DNA of 64,000 nt from an uncultured Halanaerobiaceae bacterium (GTDB lineage Bacteria > Bacillota > Halanaerobiia > Halanaerobiales > Halarsenatibacteraceae). The stretch's first letter is position 1. Each line of letters opens with the position of its first letter. Below the pieces are notes generated by a model that ran no database searches, was not told where the DNA came from, and saw nothing but the letters and a program-made list of their open reading frames with translations. The DNA is taken from the NCBI GenBank assembly GCA_964630835.1, contig CAZVZM010000001.1, positions 60,151-124,150 of the forward strand, given 5' to 3'. Positions 61,284 to 64,000 of the stretch are shown here, piece after piece. The translations under genes were made by a program, and so were the position numbers.

Positions 61284-62657
61284 ATGCTTTTTGAAAAAAT
61301 TAAATCACCTGGACTTGCTCATAATTCATATCTTATTGGCGACGGTGGAGAGGCGGCTGTTATCGACCCCAGGCGGGATGTTCAGGCTTACCTGGAAGCG
61401 GCAGAAGCAGAGGACTATGCCATAAAATATGTTTTTGAAACACACCGCAATGAGGATTATCTAACCGGATCCCGCCCCCTTAAAGAGATGACAGGAGCAG
61501 AAATCTGGCACGCCGATGCGATGCTTGATTACAGTTATGGTCAGCCGCTGCAGGATGGTCAGGAATTTAAAATCGGCAGGCTTAAGCTTGAGGGCATGTT
61601 AACTCCAGGCCACACTCCCGGATCCTTCAGTTTTCTGCTGTATGGTTATGAAGGAGAACCCTGGATGGTATTCACAGGGGATGTCCTTTTTGCCGGTGAT
61701 GTGGGACGGGTTGATTTTCTCGGTGAGGAAAACCTGGAGAAGATGGCGGGTAAGCTCTATGATTCTATCCACGAAAAAATTCTTCCTTTAGGTGATGAGG
61801 TGATCCTCTGCCCTGCTCACGGTGCCGGTTCTGTATGCGCCAGCGCCATAGCCGACAGGGAATGGACCACCATTGGTATAGAGAAAAATCTCAATCCTCA
61901 TCTGCAGTATGAGAGCAGAGATGAGTTTATTGAAGAAGTGGGAAAGATGCTGGAGTACCCACCCTATATGAAAAAAATGGAGGAAGTCAACCTTCAGGGG
62001 GCTGCACCGGTGACCGAATATAAAAAGCCTCCAGCTCTGTCTGTTGAAGAATTCATGGAAGAGATGGAGAAAGAAGATGCGGTAGTGATCGATACAAGAT
62101 CTGAGGTTAGTTTTGCGGGAGCTCACATTCCTGGCTCTCTTTCCATCTGGAAGGATAATGTGCCCGCTTTTGCCGGCTGGTTTGTGCCTGCTGACAGCCC
62201 GGTGCTGCTGGTCAGCGAAGACGGTTATCCCCGGGAGGAAGTAAAACACCTTTTCCGGACCGGTTTTGATGACATAAGAGGATATCTTGCCGGGGGTCTT
62301 GTGAGATGGCATATGGCTGCCCGCAAAAGCAAAACCATAAACACCGTCCGTGTTGAGGAACTCTGTGAGATTATCGATTATGATAAAGAAGATTATTTTA
62401 TCCTGGATGTGCGCTCACATGAGGAAGTGGAAGGAGAAGGAGAGATAGCTGAAGCCGTCAATATCCACCTGACCCAGCTGTTGAAAGATGATAATATCTC
62501 AAAACTGCCCGAAAATAAACAGATTTATATTTTTTGCGGCAGCGGTCTTCGTTCCATGACCGCAGCCTCCCTTCTCAAAAAGGAAGGTTTTGATAATTTA
62601 AGTGTGGTTTTGGGTGGGCTTATTGGCTGGAATTCCAGCACCTGTCCTATAAAATGA
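61284..62657 (+). CDS. MBL-fold hydrolase fused to two rhodanese domains
   Basis: FETHRNED, TPGHTPG, FTGDVLF and PAHGAGS motifs; C-terminal rhodanese FCGSGLRS. Confidence 0.85.
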   Translation: MLFEKIKSPGLAHNSYLIGDGGEAAVIDPRRDVQAYLEAAEAEDYAIKYVFETHRNEDYLTGSRPLKEMTGAEIWHADAMLDYSYGQPLQDGQEFKIGRLKLEGMLTPGHTPGSFSFLLYGYEGEPWMVFTGDVLFAGDVGRVDFLGEENLEKMAGKLYDSIHEKILPLGDEVILCPAHGAGSVCASAIADREWTTIGIEKNLNPHLQYESRDEFIEEVGKMLEYPPYMKKMEEVNLQGAAPVTEYKKPPALSVEEFMEEMEKEDAVVIDTRSEVSFAGAHIPGSLSIWKDNVPAFAGWFVPADSPVLLVSEDGYPREEVKHLFRTGFDDIRGYLAGGLVRWHMAARKSKTINTVRVEELCEIIDYDKEDYFILDVRSHEEVEGEGEIAEAVNIHLTQLLKDDNISKLPENKQIYIFCGSGLRSMTAASLLKKEGFDNLSVVLGGLIGWNSSTCPIK

Positions 62658-62708
62658 GCACCCAACCTTACCGAAATACCGTTATCGTTATAGAGGATGA
62701 CTTTTTAA

Positions 62709-63608
62709 ATGAGAGCGAAAAATGATTTATTAAACTGGCTGGAAATAATGAGGCCCTACAGCTGGCCGGCCACATTTGCCCCTGTTTTTATGGGGGCTGT
62801 GCTGGCCAGCTGGAAGGGAGAGATCTCACTTTCTCTGCTGGCAGTTATTCTTTTGGGAGTGATTGCCCTGCACAGTGCAGCTAACTTTCTCAATGAATAT
62901 TTTGACTGCAGGGCTGGTGTGGATGTGCCGGATACACAAAATACCAGCGAAGTTCTTCTGGAAGGGCGGCTTAATCCCCGACAGGTCTATCTGGCTGGCA
63001 GAGCGGTGATGATTATCTTTTTGCTGACAGCGCTCATTTTTTCTATAATGCTCTCCAGAATGGGTATCATTTTATTCGCCCTGATGGGAGTATTTGGTGC
63101 CTATTTTTACACTGCCCCGCCATTTTCATTAAAATACAGGGGCTTCGGAGCGGCGGGGGCCTTTATTTTTTTTGGCTGGCTTCTTCCTCAGGCGGTTTTT
63201 TACACCCTTGCGGGGGAGCTCAGTCCAAACATGGTCTTTCTATACGTCTTCCCTCCCGGCCTTCTGATAGCGGCTATTCTGCATGGGAACAATATGAGAG
63301 ATTTAGAGACCGATGCTGGGAAAATTGTCACTCTGGCAATTTTGCTGGGCGAAAGATGGGGAAAGCTTTTATTTTATATTCTAATATTCAGCCCATATAT
63401 GTTCGCGCTCATCTATATTTTTGCAGGACTGCTTTCAAATAGCGCTTTTATTGTGTTTTTCTCTCTTCCCTTAGCCCTAAAAATTGCCTGGAGATTTGTT
63501 AAAGCTGAAGATCTGCAGTATGAGCTGCTGGCAAGAATTGATGAGAAGACTGCAGCGCTGCAGGCATTTTTTGGGACACTCTGGCTCTTTTCTCTGCTGC
63601 TGAAGTAG
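62709..63608 (+). CDS. menA: UbiA-family prenyltransferase, MenA-like
   Basis: RPYSWPAT, NFLNEYFD, YTAPPFSLKY.G.G and NNMRDLETD..TLA motifs; membrane protein. Confidence 0.7.
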   Translation: MRAKNDLLNWLEIMRPYSWPATFAPVFMGAVLASWKGEISLSLLAVILLGVIALHSAANFLNEYFDCRAGVDVPDTQNTSEVLLEGRLNPRQVYLAGRAVMIIFLLTALIFSIMLSRMGIILFALMGVFGAYFYTAPPFSLKYRGFGAAGAFIFFGWLLPQAVFYTLAGELSPNMVFLYVFPPGLLIAAILHGNNMRDLETDAGKIVTLAILLGERWGKLLFYILIFSPYMFALIYIFAGLLSNSAFIVFFSLPLALKIAWRFVKAEDLQYELLARIDEKTAALQAFFGTLWLFSLLLK

Positions 63609-63649
63609 TTTATCTACCAAGGATTTACAGAAGTTGAAGTGAAATTGAT

Positions 63650-64000
63650 TTGATTGAGGAGGGATGTCCAATTCTGGTTTATGATGATGGTGAGGATAAT
63701 GATGAGAAAAAAAGTTATAGTCCCGCTCTAAAGCGGGCAAAGCAGAAGCTTTCTCGCACTGAAACGGAGGAGATATCTGACCGCACGGGTCTTGACTATA
63801 TCGAGGAGAGCAGCCGGTTTGAAATAGTTTCTTTCGGAGAACCCTATTATGTGCATCATCCTTCCGGTGAGGTTGATGCCTCTCATTCCAGCCTGCCATT
63901 AAATCGAGGTATGGAAATTATTTTTCTGCATTTTCTTCTGGAGGGAAATGACTGCCCCCCCAGCGGGAGATGGATGAAAATGAAGGAGCTACCTGACGGA
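63650..64000 (+). CDS. Probable DUF3786-like protein (3'-truncated, absent from the ORF track)
   Basis: Open frame from TTG 63650 to the window end. It encodes ..YSPALKRAKQKL..IIFLHFLLEG..PPSGRWMKMKELPDG, which resembles DUF3786 N-termini by eye. Confidence 0.5.
   Translation, partial: MIEEGCPILVYDDGEDNDEKKSYSPALKRAKQKLSRTETEEISDRTGLDYIEESSRFEIVSFGEPYYVHHPSGEVDASHSSLPLNRGMEIIFLHFLLEGNDCPPSGRWMKMKELPDG

Overview
A 64-kb chromosomal window from a low-GC Gram-positive-type anaerobe. The acidic proteins, sigma-A promoters and T-boxes suggest a halophilic Firmicute such as Halanaerobiales; this is inference, not a database result. Left to right it contains: (1) a B12-dependent oxidative ornithine fermentation cluster (ord, ortAB, GlmL-like reactivase, oraSE) ending in a canonical alanine racemase; (2) a tldD/pmbA pair; (3) a ~24-kb divergently transcribed, probably GntR-controlled organic-acid catabolic island. 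Its left arm has a 2-oxoacid:ferredoxin oxidoreductase, SucCD, an RraA aldolase, malic enzyme, an FAH-family protein, a SagB-type flavoprotein, an M29-like protein, a LarA-family racemase and an LhgO/GlpA-type three-gene dehydrogenase module. Its right arm has two uncharacterised Fe-S/Cys proteins, a tripartite tricarboxylate transporter, an Ldh_2 dehydrogenase, a class-V PLP enzyme and a CitE-type lyase; (4) a T-box leader, panB and an aminotransferase; (5) an attenuator-preceded ilvBNC-leuACDB operon, then cimA-ilvD-ilvE; (6) serS with an unusual T-box; (7) a 5-oxoprolinase (pxp) cluster; (8) tex, an MBL-rhodanese fusion, a MenA-like prenyltransferase and a truncated DUF3786-like gene. At least six intergenic copies of a mosaic inverted-repeat family are scattered through the window. 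I saw no rRNA, tRNA, CRISPR array, transposase or prophage. The most interesting items are the organic-acid island and its unknown Fe-S pair, the ultrashort-Stem-I serS T-box, the apparently Thr-specific T-box before panB, the non-T-box hairpin cascade before ilvB, and the repeat family. All functional calls come from motif recognition by eye; no searches were run.
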